DNA of 64,000 nt from contig JBFMAF010000028.1 in assembly GCA_040755995.1 (NCBI GenBank), positions 128,001 through 192,000 of the forward strand, given 5' to 3'. The stretch's first letter is position 1. Each line of letters begins with the position of its first letter. Below the pieces are notes generated by a model, which saw only the letters and a list, made by a program, of their open reading frames with translations, did no database searches and was not told the DNA's origin. The stretch comes from Acidobacteriota bacterium. Lineage in GTDB: Bacteria; Acidobacteriota; CAIWXX01. This document shows positions 11,235 through 21,521 of the stretch, one piece after another. The translations under genes and the position numbers were made by a program.

Positions 11235-11476
11235 GCGCGTCCTGGCCGATGCCGCGACTACGTATTATCGGTTGGCGATCGGTCGTCCGTGGGCCGGGGC
11301 GGACCGATACGTCGTCGTCTACGTTCACGGGCGCAGGTGCGATGCCGCGGGAACAGGGCGTCTCGTGCCCGGTTGTGCCGGCAGCGGCCGCCGGGTAAGA
11401 TAATCGTGGCATGGGTGTCGAGAGGGCTGGGAGGTTGAGGCTTATGTGCAATGTGCGATTCGCAGGAGCAGGCGGG

Positions 11477-13159
11477 ATGAGACGGATCTGGTGGTTGGCC
11501 CTGGTGACGGCAGGTGTCTGCGTGGGAGCCTCGTCGGTTCCTGACACGGAGAAGTATTGGGTATTCTTCAAGGACAAGGGCATCACCTCCGTACGCAGCG
11601 CCCTGGCAGCCCGCGTGCGCTCGCTGCCTCCGTCGGTAGCGAGGCGATGGGAGCGCGCGGGGTGGCATGGCGATGAAGGCGATCTGAGGGTGTCACGGGA
11701 GTACGTGCGCGAGGTCGAGGGATACGGAATACCTGTGTTGAGAGAGAGCCGCTGGCTGAATGCCATATCCGCGCGTCTTACATCAGAGCAGCGCCGGACA
11801 GTGATTGGCCTGCGCTGCGTGAGCGAGATCGTGCCGGTTGCCCGGTACGTACGCCAGAACGACCAGATCGAAGCGCTTGCCACGAGGGAGGACGCCGCCG
11901 GCGGCGCCGCGCCCTACGGGTTCAACTACGGTCCCTCGCTTCACCAGTGGGAGATGGTCCAGGTTCCTTCGATGCACGACCTTGGATTCCAGGGCTCCGG
12001 GGTCACGATCTGCATGATGGACACTGGCTTCATGAAGTCCCACGACGTATTCAGTAGCACGATAGTTCAGGATGAATACGACTTCGTCTTCGATGACGGA
12101 AACACGGAGGACGAGGCGGAGGACCTGCCGGGCGCGCAGGGACACGGCACCGGCACCTGGTCGCTTACGGGCGGGAAGAAGAACGGCAGGCTGATCGGGG
12201 CTTCGTTCGGGGCACGCTTCCTGCTCGCGAAGACGGAGGACATCAGAAGCGAGACGGTTGTCGAGGAGGACAATTGGGTTGCAGCCCTGGAGTGGGCCGA
12301 CGAGCGCGGTGTGGACATCGTCAGCAGCTCGCTCGGGTACTCCGACTGGTATTCCCCGGAGGACTACGACGGAAATACTGCGATCACTTCGAAGGTTGCG
12401 AGCCAAGCGTCGAAGCGTGGCATTCTGGTCGTCAACTCCGCCGGAAACGCCGGTCCGGCTCTGCGCACACTCAACGCGCCCGCCGATGCATTCGGCATCA
12501 TCTCGACAGGCGCCCTGAACCCATCGGGGCCTATCGCCGCCTTCAGCTCGCGCGGACCCACGGCCGACGGGCGAACCAAGCCGGAGGTATGCGCACAGGG
12601 TGTGAACGTCCTCGTGGCCAGCAGCTTCAATAGCACGGCTTACGGCAGGGGAGCCGGAACGTCGTTTTCCTGCCCGATCACAGCCGGCGCGGTGGGCCTG
12701 TTGTTGTCCGCGCGCCAGGACTGGTCTCCCTCGCAACTGCGCGAGGCCGTTCTGACGACTGCCACCGGAGCATCCTCACCGGACAACACGTATGGCTGGG
12801 GAACGGTGCAGATTTTCGCCGCGTATCGCTACCTCCCCAGAAACGCCCTCGAAATCGACCACAAACCGCTCGCCGACCAGTCGGCCTCCGCCGGCGGCTA
12901 CCGCGTCAAAGCGACGTTGCGGGCGTACAACGGGATCAACCAGGCGCAGTGCTTCGTCTTCTACAGGACAGCCGCTGGAGCCGCGTTCACGCGCATAGGC
13001 CTGACGAAGCTGCAAGATGACCGGTTCGCGGCCACGATTCCCAGGCAGCCGGCGGGAACAGAGGTAGACTACTACATACAGGCCAAGGATACCTTGGGCC
13101 GGCTGCGGCGAAGACCATACGAGGCGCCGGCCGAGACCTACGGCTTCGAAGTCAGATAG
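11477..13159 (+). CDS. Secreted subtilisin-like serine peptidase (S8)
   Basis: Signal peptide; triad motifs DTG, HGT, GTSFS.P; SAGN oxyanion motif; FSSRGPT.DGR.KP. Confidence 0.95.
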   Translation: MRRIWWLALVTAGVCVGASSVPDTEKYWVFFKDKGITSVRSALAARVRSLPPSVARRWERAGWHGDEGDLRVSREYVREVEGYGIPVLRESRWLNAISARLTSEQRRTVIGLRCVSEIVPVARYVRQNDQIEALATREDAAGGAAPYGFNYGPSLHQWEMVQVPSMHDLGFQGSGVTICMMDTGFMKSHDVFSSTIVQDEYDFVFDDGNTEDEAEDLPGAQGHGTGTWSLTGGKKNGRLIGASFGARFLLAKTEDIRSETVVEEDNWVAALEWADERGVDIVSSSLGYSDWYSPEDYDGNTAITSKVASQASKRGILVVNSAGNAGPALRTLNAPADAFGIISTGALNPSGPIAAFSSRGPTADGRTKPEVCAQGVNVLVASSFNSTAYGRGAGTSFSCPITAGAVGLLLSARQDWSPSQLREAVLTTATGASSPDNTYGWGTVQIFAAYRYLPRNALEIDHKPLADQSASAGGYRVKATLRAYNGINQAQCFVFYRTAAGAAFTRIGLTKLQDDRFAATIPRQPAGTEVDYYIQAKDTLGRLRRRPYEAPAETYGFEVR

Positions 13160-13168
13160 GGCGGCGCC

Positions 13169-13612
13169 TCAGCCTATCGGCACACGGATCGAGCGCGGGC
13201 GAGCCGCCTCGCGCTTCGGCAATCGGACTTCCAGGACTCCATTGTGCAGGTCGGCGGCGACATCAGAGGTGTCGACGGAGGAGGGGATGGCAATCGTGCG
13301 GGAGAACTTGCCGTAGTGACGCTCGATCCGCATATACTTTTCCTCCTTCTCCTTGCGACTGAATCGGCGCTCGCCCTGCAAAACCAGCGTGCCATGATCG
13401 ATCTTGATATCGATGTCCTCACGCGCCAGTCCCGGCAACTCGGCGACCACAACGACGGCATCGTCGGTCTCGTAGATATCCATGGACGGCGACCAGCTGC
13501 CCGCAGAGTCCTCCCTCGACTCCGCATGTACGAACGCCTCCAGAAGCAGGCGATGCATCTTCTCCTGGAGGTCGAACAGATCCTTGAAGGGGTCGTACTT
13601 CTGAATCGGCAT
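13169..13612 (-). CDS. Hsp20/alpha-crystallin small heat-shock protein
   Basis: WSPSMDIYET, ELPG, ERHYGKFSR, A.L.NGVLEV.LPK, C-terminal I.V. Confidence 0.95.
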   Translation of the reverse strand: MPIQKYDPFKDLFDLQEKMHRLLLEAFVHAESREDSAGSWSPSMDIYETDDAVVVVAELPGLAREDIDIKIDHGTLVLQGERRFSRKEKEEKYMRIERHYGKFSRTIAIPSSVDTSDVAADLHNGVLEVRLPKREAARPRSIRVPIG

Positions 13613-13635
13613 GGTTGCGCTCCTACGCCGCCCCG

Positions 13636-15057
13636 CTACTCCAGCGAGAGATTCAGGAAGACGGATCGCTTCCCGATCTCGATCATCAGCGAGGCCAGGA
13701 ACGTTTCGAACTTGTGCAGCACGTTCGTCAATGCAGGCAGGCTTCGCGCTCGCTTGATGTCGTTGAGGAAGAGGTCGAAGTCGGCCCAGTCTTTGTACAT
13801 CAGGTATTTCAGGCTCGCCTGCTGGAAATCCACGATGTTCCGGATCAGGTTGGCCGACTGGTCCATCTCTCGAGAGGCCATGAAGCTCCTCACCTGCTCG
13901 AAGAGGACGCTCAGGTCCCGGCGGAGCTGGATGGATTGGGCCTGCCGGGTCATGAAGGTGTCGAAAATGTCTTCGCCCTTCACGTCCGGATAGAGCGACT
14001 GGGTGATCGTGACCAGGGCCTCCTGCAAACTCCGCTTCAGGATGCCGTACGAGTTCTCGACCCGGACCTTGATATCGTCGCCGGCGAGCGAGTCGGCGAA
14101 GTCGCGGAGCTCGAAGTTGTACACCTTCCTCGCCTCCATGTCGATCCCGTAGGAGACGCTGTCGATGGCATCGCGCAGCGCGCCAGTCTTGTCCAGCGCG
14201 CTGGGCCCCCTGTCTCGAAGATGGCGAATGAGAATCCGCAACTCGTACCTGACCAGGATGAATATGAGAAGATTCTTCTTGAGATAGCCCTCCCGCTGGA
14301 GGTCCTTCCCCACCAGATCCAGGTAGCGCAGAAGGCGGAAGATCTCGAGGAAGATCCGCGCGAGCTCCTTTCGCAACACGGGGTCCTCCATCTCATATAT
14401 CGCCCTGCAGATGTACGGATTCGCTATGCGATCGTAGTAGGACTTGAACTTCCGGTCCAGAAGGTAGGTCAGGTATCCGTTCCTCTCCGTCTCCCTCGAT
14501 AGCAGCCGTCCCACACTCAGGAAACAATGGAACGAGATCTTCGGAAGCCTCGACATCTCCGCGAGGACCACTCGGAAGTCCGCGATGGCCTCCCCGAGGA
14601 TCTCCATGGCCTCGGCGAACCCGTTGTTCAGGCGCAACCGCCGCCCCTTGGGACGGCCGCCGTAGTATCGATTGATGTTGCTCTCCAGGAAGTCTTCGAA
14701 GCGCGAGTACGCCACATCCCCGGTCGACTGGATCAGACTGACCAGATGCCCGAGCCTCTCGATGCCGGCACGCAGTATCTTGATCTCCTCCGTGAAATCC
14801 TTGACCGTGATGCTGTGCAGCACCTCCTCCGAAAACGGCTGCTCCTTCAACGCGAAAAAACGGTCCAGTGCTCGCAGCCACGTCTCGAGCTCGAAAGCGT
14901 AATCAGTCTTCTTCGCCGCTTCGACCTCGTTGAACCAGGCCTCCAGCTGGCTCTCCACCTTCAGCGGCTTCTCGCCACGGATCGGCTGCGTCGCATCGGG
15001 CGCGAGCGTCGGGCGCAAAAAGAAGTCCGTCAGCTCGGAAGCAGGTATCTGGCTCAT
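13636..15057 (-). CDS. Hypothetical protein (473 aa, probably all-helical)
   Basis: Long ORF with genome-typical codon use, 23 bp upstream of hsp20; no motif recognised. Confidence 0.8.
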   Translation of the reverse strand: MSQIPASELTDFFLRPTLAPDATQPIRGEKPLKVESQLEAWFNEVEAAKKTDYAFELETWLRALDRFFALKEQPFSEEVLHSITVKDFTEEIKILRAGIERLGHLVSLIQSTGDVAYSRFEDFLESNINRYYGGRPKGRRLRLNNGFAEAMEILGEAIADFRVVLAEMSRLPKISFHCFLSVGRLLSRETERNGYLTYLLDRKFKSYYDRIANPYICRAIYEMEDPVLRKELARIFLEIFRLLRYLDLVGKDLQREGYLKKNLLIFILVRYELRILIRHLRDRGPSALDKTGALRDAIDSVSYGIDMEARKVYNFELRDFADSLAGDDIKVRVENSYGILKRSLQEALVTITQSLYPDVKGEDIFDTFMTRQAQSIQLRRDLSVLFEQVRSFMASREMDQSANLIRNIVDFQQASLKYLMYKDWADFDLFLNDIKRARSLPALTNVLHKFETFLASLMIEIGKRSVFLNLSLE

Positions 15058-15094
15058 GGCTCTGAACGAAAGATGCCAGAAAGAGGCCCGGTAG

Positions 15095-16303
15095 TCAAGG
15101 AATGAAGCGCGAAGTATGAAGTCTCAAGAGGGCGAGTATTCTCTCCGCGCGCCCCTCGTAAGTGTAGTCCTGCGAATCCTGGAATGCGCGCCGTGCTAGG
15201 CGCACGCGCAGATCGCTGTCATCGACCAACCTTTTCACCTGTGCGGCCAGATCGGTTGCATCGTCCGCACGAAACAGCATCCCGTTGCGCTCGTGCACAA
15301 CGATTTCACGGATAGGCGGGAGATCAGAGGCCACCACAGGCACCGAGCAGCTCATGTACTCGAAGAGCTTCAGCGGCGAGATAAAGTGCCTTCCCATCAC
15401 GTTGTCTGCGGCTGGGAGTATTCCGATGTAGTCCCGCCTCAGGACCTGGGCGATCTGGCCGGGGGGAACCAGGCCCATGAAATTCACCCTGGATGCGGCC
15501 CCGGCCTCCGCGGCAACCCGCTTGAGCCGCTCCGTGTCCTCACTCGCCGTATAGTAGCCGCCGCCGTACAGGTCGAGCGAAGCCCCAGGCAGCTGCGCCA
15601 TCGCGCGAACTGCGGTGTCGACGCCCTTCCATGGGTAGAACTGGCCGATGCACAGGAGTCTCGGTGCCCCAAGGGGCTCCTTGGCCTCCGGCGGCACCCT
15701 CACCGCGCTCGCATCCGCAACCACATCTACGGCGCAAGGAACCTCGAAGGTACGCGTCAGGGCCTCCCGGCACGCGGCCGAAATGCAGACAAGCGCGAGG
15801 CTCCGTCCATAGACGTACTGCTCGCGAGCCTTCAGCCTGAGCGTTCGGGGCGCCGACGGCGCCGTGTTGGTGAAGAGCGCGTTGGTCAAGTGGTTCAGCG
15901 CGTGCACCTCGTAGACGACCGGCGTGCGGAGCCATCGGCGAAGCCGAATGGCGGTCGCGCCGCACAGCATGTCCCTTGTGAACAGAACCCGTTGCGAGGC
16001 CTGCCGGGATAGACTGCGCAGTGCGCGGACCATCGAGAGCTGGAACGACAGATTAAAGATGGCATCGCTTCCCAGGCGGATGGTCGGTAGGAAACGTATG
16101 TCGAGATCGTCGACGGGCGGCAGGCCGTAGTAGTCCAGTACACGCGAGCTCTCTCCGCTGCCTTCGCGTCTGGCGAGCAGGTGCACCCTGGCACCGAGCC
16201 GCGCCAGCGCGTGACAGGTGTTCATGACCTGTATGGAGTTGGCGCGCGGGGATGGAAGCTGCGAGTTGAACGGGTAGATTACATGCAATACGCGCGCAGC
16301 CAC
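15095..16303 (-). CDS. Glycosyltransferase family 4
   Basis: ANSIQVMNTC.AL; KGVD; SPLKLFEYM...PVVASD. Confidence 0.9.
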   Translation of the reverse strand: MAARVLHVIYPFNSQLPSPRANSIQVMNTCHALARLGARVHLLARREGSGESSRVLDYYGLPPVDDLDIRFLPTIRLGSDAIFNLSFQLSMVRALRSLSRQASQRVLFTRDMLCGATAIRLRRWLRTPVVYEVHALNHLTNALFTNTAPSAPRTLRLKAREQYVYGRSLALVCISAACREALTRTFEVPCAVDVVADASAVRVPPEAKEPLGAPRLLCIGQFYPWKGVDTAVRAMAQLPGASLDLYGGGYYTASEDTERLKRVAAEAGAASRVNFMGLVPPGQIAQVLRRDYIGILPAADNVMGRHFISPLKLFEYMSCSVPVVASDLPPIREIVVHERNGMLFRADDATDLAAQVKRLVDDSDLRVRLARRAFQDSQDYTYEGRAERILALLRLHTSRFIP

Positions 16304-16312
16304 CTGTCGCCC

Positions 16313-17014
16313 CTAGCTCGACGCGTGGCCGGTGGATGCCACCACAAAGAGCGACTGCCCGATCGGGGGCGGCAGCACGGCCTCTACTCTTCGCATGACG
16401 GGCACAACGACCCGGTCGAAGAAGCGGACCTGGCTCTTGGATTGCTCGCGCTTCCGCAGCAGACGGGCATTGGCCAGCCATCCGAAAAAGCCCACCAGGT
16501 TCATGTATTGGATGCGCACCGGTCGCAGCCCGGACTCGCGGACGAGCGGACCGGCCTCGCCACGGGCGTAGCGCCGGTGGTGGTGCAGCGCCCGATCGAT
16601 CGGGCCGTAGAGCGTCCTGCACGCGGGCAGCATCAGAACCAAGTGCCCGCCGGGTCCGAGCGTTTCGGCTAACTTCCGCAATGCCGCCCGGTCGTCTTCG
16701 ATGTGCTCGAGGACATTCAGGCACACGACGGTCTCGAATGTGCCGCAAGGCTGGTACTCCTCGATTCCCGCCTGCACCACCTCCACACGCTCCGAGCCGG
16801 CGAACTTCCGAGACAGCACCTCGACGCACTCCAAATGCGGCTCGATCGTGACCACCCTCGACGAGTCAGGGAACATCTCCGTGTAGTTCCCGATGCCGCC
16901 GCCGATTTCCAGAATGGTGCCGCCAAGGTAGGGCTCCATCTTCGCGTAGACCCAGCGGCGATAGTTCACCGCCAGCGCCATGGTCTCGAGATCCGAACGC
17001 GTGATGTCGTCCAC
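16313..17014 (-). CDS. Class I SAM-dependent methyltransferase
   Basis: ILEIGGGIG motif I; NVLEHIEDD; HHRRY; GTG start 6 nt after TATAAT (probably leaderless). Confidence 0.85.
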   Translation of the reverse strand: MDDITRSDLETMALAVNYRRWVYAKMEPYLGGTILEIGGGIGNYTEMFPDSSRVVTIEPHLECVEVLSRKFAGSERVEVVQAGIEEYQPCGTFETVVCLNVLEHIEDDRAALRKLAETLGPGGHLVLMLPACRTLYGPIDRALHHHRRYARGEAGPLVRESGLRPVRIQYMNLVGFFGWLANARLLRKREQSKSQVRFFDRVVVPVMRRVEAVLPPPIGQSLFVVASTGHASS

Positions 17015-17251
17015 GGGGACATTATACAGGTTCCCGCGCGCTCCCGAGCCGGACCCGTTCCCCACCAACCCTTCACGGGTACGCGAACGGGCACGGTTCG
17101 TGGGGACGACCGAGAGGGCTCGATCGTGCGGCTGACCGCCGGGGACACCGCGGTGCATTCCTCGGGCAGGGCCGCCGCTTCCAAGGCCTCTACGTCCCAC
17201 CGTCCACGTTCAGTTGACATGCCTCGCCGTTTGTTCTACTTTCCACCGCGA

Positions 17252-18205
17252 ATGAAGCTTATTGTGCAGATCCCGTGCTACAACGAGGAGCTCCACCTGC
17301 CGGCAACGATCGCGGAGATTCCCCGCGAAATCCCCGGCATCGATGAGGTAGAGATTCTCGTCATAGACGACGGCAGCTCCGACAGAACATCCGAAGTGGC
17401 GAAGGCCGCGGGCGCACATCACCTGCTCCGCCTCAAGCAGCGACGAGGATTGGCGCAGGTATTCGCCGCCGGACTCGACGCGGCCGTGCAGCTGGGCGCC
17501 GACATCATCGTCAATACCGATGCGGATAGCCAATACCCGGGGGCCGAGATCCCGAAACTCATCGACCCGATCCTCCAAGGCGAAGCCGAGATCGTCATCG
17601 GTGACCGTGGCGTCAAGGAGCTGGCCCACTTCTCCCTCACGAAGAAGATCTTGCAGGGCTGGGGCAGCTGGGTGGTCCGGCAGGTGAGCGGAACGTCCAT
17701 TCCCGACACAACCTCCGGCTTCCGCGCGCTCAGCCGATCAGCCGCAATGCGAATGAACATAGTCTCCGAGTTCACGTACACTTTGGAATCCATAATCCAG
17801 GCCGGGAAGAAGAAGATACCTCTCGCTCACATTCCCATCCAGGCCCGCGAGACCACGAGAGAGTCGAGGCTCTTTGCATCCGTCCCGGACTACCTCAAGA
17901 AGTCCGCCTCGACCATCGTTCGCATCTATGCGATGTTCGAGCCGCTGAAGATATTCGGCTCCATCGGAGCCGCGATCTTCCTCACCGGCTTTGCCATCGG
18001 CGGGCGGTTCCTCTATTTCTATTTCTTCACGCCCGGTCGCGGCACCGGGCACATCCAGTCCCTCATCCTCGCCGCCGTCTTGCTGATAGTCGGCTTCCAG
18101 ATCCTCCTCATCGGCCTCCTCGCCGACCTCATCGCATCCAACCGGAAGCTCCTCGAGGACGTCCTCCACCGCATCAGGCAGATTCAGTACGGCAAGGAAC
18201 AGTAG
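17252..18205 (+). CDS. Glycosyltransferase family 2 (DPM-synthase-like) with C-terminal TM helices
   Basis: IPCYNEE, IDDGSSD.T, NTDAD.QY, D..SGFRA; preceded by TTGACA-17-TACTTT at 17214-17242. Confidence 0.92.
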   Translation: MKLIVQIPCYNEELHLPATIAEIPREIPGIDEVEILVIDDGSSDRTSEVAKAAGAHHLLRLKQRRGLAQVFAAGLDAAVQLGADIIVNTDADSQYPGAEIPKLIDPILQGEAEIVIGDRGVKELAHFSLTKKILQGWGSWVVRQVSGTSIPDTTSGFRALSRSAAMRMNIVSEFTYTLESIIQAGKKKIPLAHIPIQARETTRESRLFASVPDYLKKSASTIVRIYAMFEPLKIFGSIGAAIFLTGFAIGGRFLYFYFFTPGRGTGHIQSLILAAVLLIVGFQILLIGLLADLIASNRKLLEDVLHRIRQIQYGKEQ

Positions 18206-18264
18206 AGTCCGAAGTGAGAAGTGCGTGAGGTTGAAGTGAAGATGCTGCAGGCGGAACCGTAGAC

Positions 18265-19449
18265 GTGCGGATACTCCAGCTGACCTCGTCGCTCCCATTG
18301 AGCCCGTCCGGGTCCAACGCTCCGTTCATCCTCCACATCGCCAGGTCCCTCGCCGCCCGCGGCCATGAGATTCATCTCGTGGCCCCGTACCATCCCAAGC
18401 TGGACTGGCCCGCGCGGGAAGGCGAAATCAGCTTCCACTTCTTCCGCTACGCGCCCCTGGCCCGATGGTGCATCTGGGGCTACGGCCAGTCGCTCCAGAG
18501 CGACGTGTCCTTGAAGCCCGGCGTGTTCGCCCTGCTTCCCGCCGCGGCCGTCGCCGCGGCCGTGAGCCTGCGGCGGCTCCAGTCCCGGTCCCGCTTCGAC
18601 GTCCTCCACGCCCACTGGCTCCTCCCCAACGGCCCTATCGCAAGCCTGGCCAGACGCGGGCTTGTCCCGCTCGTGGTGAGCCTGCACGGAAGCGATGTCT
18701 ACGTGGCCGGGAAAGGCAAGGCATTCCGCTTTGCGGCGAAACGGGCCTTGCGCCGCGCGGCGGCGGTGGTGGGCTGCAGCGAAGAGCTTGTGGCCGGAGC
18801 CCGGCGGATCTACCAGGGCGAGAGGCTATACCATACGCTGCCGTATGGAGTCGACGAGGAGCTCTTCCGGCCAGGCGAGGGAGTCGAGGCTTCTACGGTG
18901 ACCATCCTTGCGGCCGGTCGCCTGGTCGAAAAGAAAGGCTTCGAGATCCTGTTGCGCGCCCTGGGGCAGATGGCATCGCCGGCGCGCCTGTCGATCGCCG
19001 GCAGCGGCGACCTGCGCGGCCGCCTGGAGGTTGTGACGGCCGAGCTGGGGTTGGGCGACCGGGTCCAGTTCCTCGGAGACCTCTCACAGCCGGAGATCTT
19101 GAAATTGTACCGCTCCTGCGCCATATTTTGCCTTCCATCGGTCCGCGACAGCGGGGGAAATGTGGATGGATTGCCGAACGTTCTGTTGGAAGCGATGAGC
19201 AGCGGAATGGCCGTGGCGGCGAGCCGTGTCGGAGGCGTGCCGCAGGTGATGCGCGACGGGGAGAACGGGCTGCTGGTCGATGAGAAGCAGCCCGCGGCGC
19301 TGGCTGCCGCCCTCGACGCGCTGGCGGGAGACGTCGAGTTGCGGCGCAGGCTCGGGGGGGCCGCGCGCCGCACCATCCTGGACGGCTTCACCTGGCGGCT
19401 GTACGCACAACGCTTCGAAGCAATCCTGGACTCGGTATCGAAGTCATGA
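18265..19449 (+). CDS. Glycosyltransferase family 4
   Basis: HAHW, HGSD, GRLVEKKG, DGLPNVLLEAMS.G. Confidence 0.92.
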   Translation: MRILQLTSSLPLSPSGSNAPFILHIARSLAARGHEIHLVAPYHPKLDWPAREGEISFHFFRYAPLARWCIWGYGQSLQSDVSLKPGVFALLPAAAVAAAVSLRRLQSRSRFDVLHAHWLLPNGPIASLARRGLVPLVVSLHGSDVYVAGKGKAFRFAAKRALRRAAAVVGCSEELVAGARRIYQGERLYHTLPYGVDEELFRPGEGVEASTVTILAAGRLVEKKGFEILLRALGQMASPARLSIAGSGDLRGRLEVVTAELGLGDRVQFLGDLSQPEILKLYRSCAIFCLPSVRDSGGNVDGLPNVLLEAMSSGMAVAASRVGGVPQVMRDGENGLLVDEKQPAALAAALDALAGDVELRRRLGGAARRTILDGFTWRLYAQRFEAILDSVSKS

Positions 19450-20324
19450 TGAAAGACCTGCTCCTTTCGCTCAGGCCCCAACAATGGATCAAGAACACAT
19501 TCATCTTCGCGGCGTTGGTGTTTGCGAAAAAACTCGGCGAGCCGCACCAGATCCTGCTGAGCTGTCTGGCATTCTGCTGCTTCTGTGCATTGTCATCTGC
19601 TGTCTATCTGATCAACGACGTGCGGGACGCGGAGGCGGATCGGCAGCATCCGATCAAGAGAAACCGCCCGATTGCGGCGGGGCGGATGCGGCCGGGCGTG
19701 GCCGTCCTGATGGCGCTCGTGCTTGCCGGGGCGGGGCTCTTCGGCTGCGCCATGATCAACGGGTTGCTCTTGAGCATGGCCGGCGCCTACCTCGGTTTGA
19801 ACATCCTGTACACGCTCTGGCTCAAGCGCGTCGCGGTGCTGGACGTAATGAGCATCGCCGTGGGGTTCGTCTTGCGTGCCGCTGCGGGCGGGGCAGCGAT
19901 TCAGGTCGAGATCTCGTCCTGGCTGATCATCTGCACGTTCTTCCTCGCGCTGTTCCTGGGATTGGCCAAGCGCCGCCACGAGCTCGTCCTTCTGGAAGAC
20001 AACTCGGCGCGCCACCGCGCGAATCTCGCCGAGTACTCTCCGTATCTGCTGGACCAGATGATCGGAATAGTCACCACCGGGACGCTCGTCTGCTACATCC
20101 TCTACACGCTATCGGAAGAGGTCCAGAAGAAGCTGCAGGTGAAGAATCTTTACTTGACGATTCCGTTCGTCCTCTACGGGATTTATCGCTACCTGTACCT
20201 GATTCACAAGAGGGAGGGCGGCGGCAACCCCTCATCGACGCTGGTATCTGACCGCCCGTTGCTGCTGGCCGTCTTCTTCTGGGGCGTTGCGGCGGCCGCT
20301 ATTCTGTACTTCGGCCGCAGGTAG
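19446..20324 (+). CDS. UbiA-family prenyltransferase (decaprenyl-phosphate phosphoribosyltransferase-like)
   Basis: LRPQQWIKN, YLINDVRD..ADR.HP.K..RPIAAG, KRRHEL; multiple TM helices. Confidence 0.9.
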   Translation: MMKDLLLSLRPQQWIKNTFIFAALVFAKKLGEPHQILLSCLAFCCFCALSSAVYLINDVRDAEADRQHPIKRNRPIAAGRMRPGVAVLMALVLAGAGLFGCAMINGLLLSMAGAYLGLNILYTLWLKRVAVLDVMSIAVGFVLRAAAGGAAIQVEISSWLIICTFFLALFLGLAKRRHELVLLEDNSARHRANLAEYSPYLLDQMIGIVTTGTLVCYILYTLSEEVQKKLQVKNLYLTIPFVLYGIYRYLYLIHKREGGGNPSSTLVSDRPLLLAVFFWGVAAAAILYFGRR

Positions 20325-20329
20325 GATCT

Positions 20330-20363
20330 GGCAGTTGTCAGTTGTCGGTTGTCAGTTGTCAGC
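20330..20363. repeat. Intergenic heptamer tandem repeat (CAGTTGT)n
   Basis: gcagttgtcagttgtcggttgtcagttgtcagc between convergent genes. Confidence 0.8.
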
Positions 20364-20380
20364 TTAGCAAACGCGAAAGG

Positions 20381-20914
20381 TCACTTCTTCGAGAAGATCA
20401 TCGGCGGCTCGAAGAAGCCCTTCTCCTTCATGTTCTTCCTGACGTAGTCGACCAGATCGGCCTGCGTCTTGAATTCCTTGTCGACGAACTCATCTGAGAT
20501 CGTACAGACCCGAAGTATCTTCCCGTTGTCGACCAGGTCGTATCTGGCAATCAGCCACCCACTCTCCGGCTTTTCGTCGAGGAGCTTGATGCTCAGGAAT
20601 TGGACGCCGTCGATGGACGTGCGATGTGCCCGCATCCTCCCGAAATCCTCCTCGGGGCGGCCGTTCTCATCGTACTCCTGGGCTTCGACGTAGATCTCAT
20701 GCTCGTTCAGGCGCCGGACGGTGTACTCGGACGGCGTGTCGTCCATGTAGCTGGTCCACTGGCCGAGCAGGGCAGGGTCCACATCGGTCGTCGCGACGTC
20801 TCCCAGTGGTATCTTGGAATCGTACGGGCAAGACACCCACGCAGCGACGAAAAGGCCGCAGAGGCCGAGCACCGTGATGGTCGATGGTGTTCGATACAGA
20901 GACCGCTGGCTCAT
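20381..20914 (-). CDS. Hypothetical exported protein/lipoprotein
   Basis: Hydrophobic leader ending VSC-PY; D.ALLGQW motif. Confidence 0.7.
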   Translation of the reverse strand: MSQRSLYRTPSTITVLGLCGLFVAAWVSCPYDSKIPLGDVATTDVDPALLGQWTSYMDDTPSEYTVRRLNEHEIYVEAQEYDENGRPEEDFGRMRAHRTSIDGVQFLSIKLLDEKPESGWLIARYDLVDNGKILRVCTISDEFVDKEFKTQADLVDYVRKNMKEKGFFEPPMIFSKK

Positions 20915-20954
20915 CTGTTCCTCCTTGCCCCCTCAGCCGACCGAACGCCGGGGG

Positions 20955-21452
20955 CTATTCGATGACGGCGACTGTGGCTCCGCCTTCGATCGTCTCTCCG
21001 GCGACCACCCTGATTTCCCTAACCTTGCCTGCGCGAGGGCTGCGGATCTCGTTCTGCATCTTCATGGCCTCGACGACGACGATCCCTTCGCCCACGCTCA
21101 CCGCGTCTCCAACCTTCTTCAGCACGCTCACCACCTTGCCCGGCATCGGGACCGAGAGGCGGTGGGCACCGCCGTGTCCCCTGCGCCCCCTCTCCCCCAT
21201 TATCCCTCCACCACCCTCCAACACCTCGAATTCGAACGCCAAGTCGTGGATCTGTACCGAGTAGCCGGGCGGCGCGGAATGAACGTAGGCCGTGAAGACC
21301 CGATCGCCGACCATGACCGAAAGCGTGTCATCGGACACGCGCACGCAATGGAATTCGACCACCTTCCCGCCGTGCTCGAGACGGTACACCGAGTCCTGCG
21401 CGGAGATGTCGAGGTGGACGAGGCGCCCGCGATGCTGAATGTCGAACTTCAT
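20955..21452 (-). CDS. Biotin carboxyl carrier protein
   Basis: PMPGKVV...EAMKMQNE biotinylation motif. Confidence 0.95.
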   Translation of the reverse strand: MKFDIQHRGRLVHLDISAQDSVYRLEHGGKVVEFHCVRVSDDTLSVMVGDRVFTAYVHSAPPGYSVQIHDLAFEFEVLEGGGGIMGERGRRGHGGAHRLSVPMPGKVVSVLKKVGDAVSVGEGIVVVEAMKMQNEIRSPRAGKVREIRVVAGETIEGGATVAVIE

Positions 21453-21521
21453 CGGTAGGCTCCGCGTCTCCGTTTCGCCGTTTCGTCGTTTCCTCGTCCA
21501 CCGTGTCTCCGCGTCACCACG

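Noticed and set aside
16703..17251. Long N-terminal extensions of the GT2 and methyltransferase ORFs
   Set aside because: Mutually overlapping and low-complexity; family motifs and promoters indicate starts at 17252 and 17014
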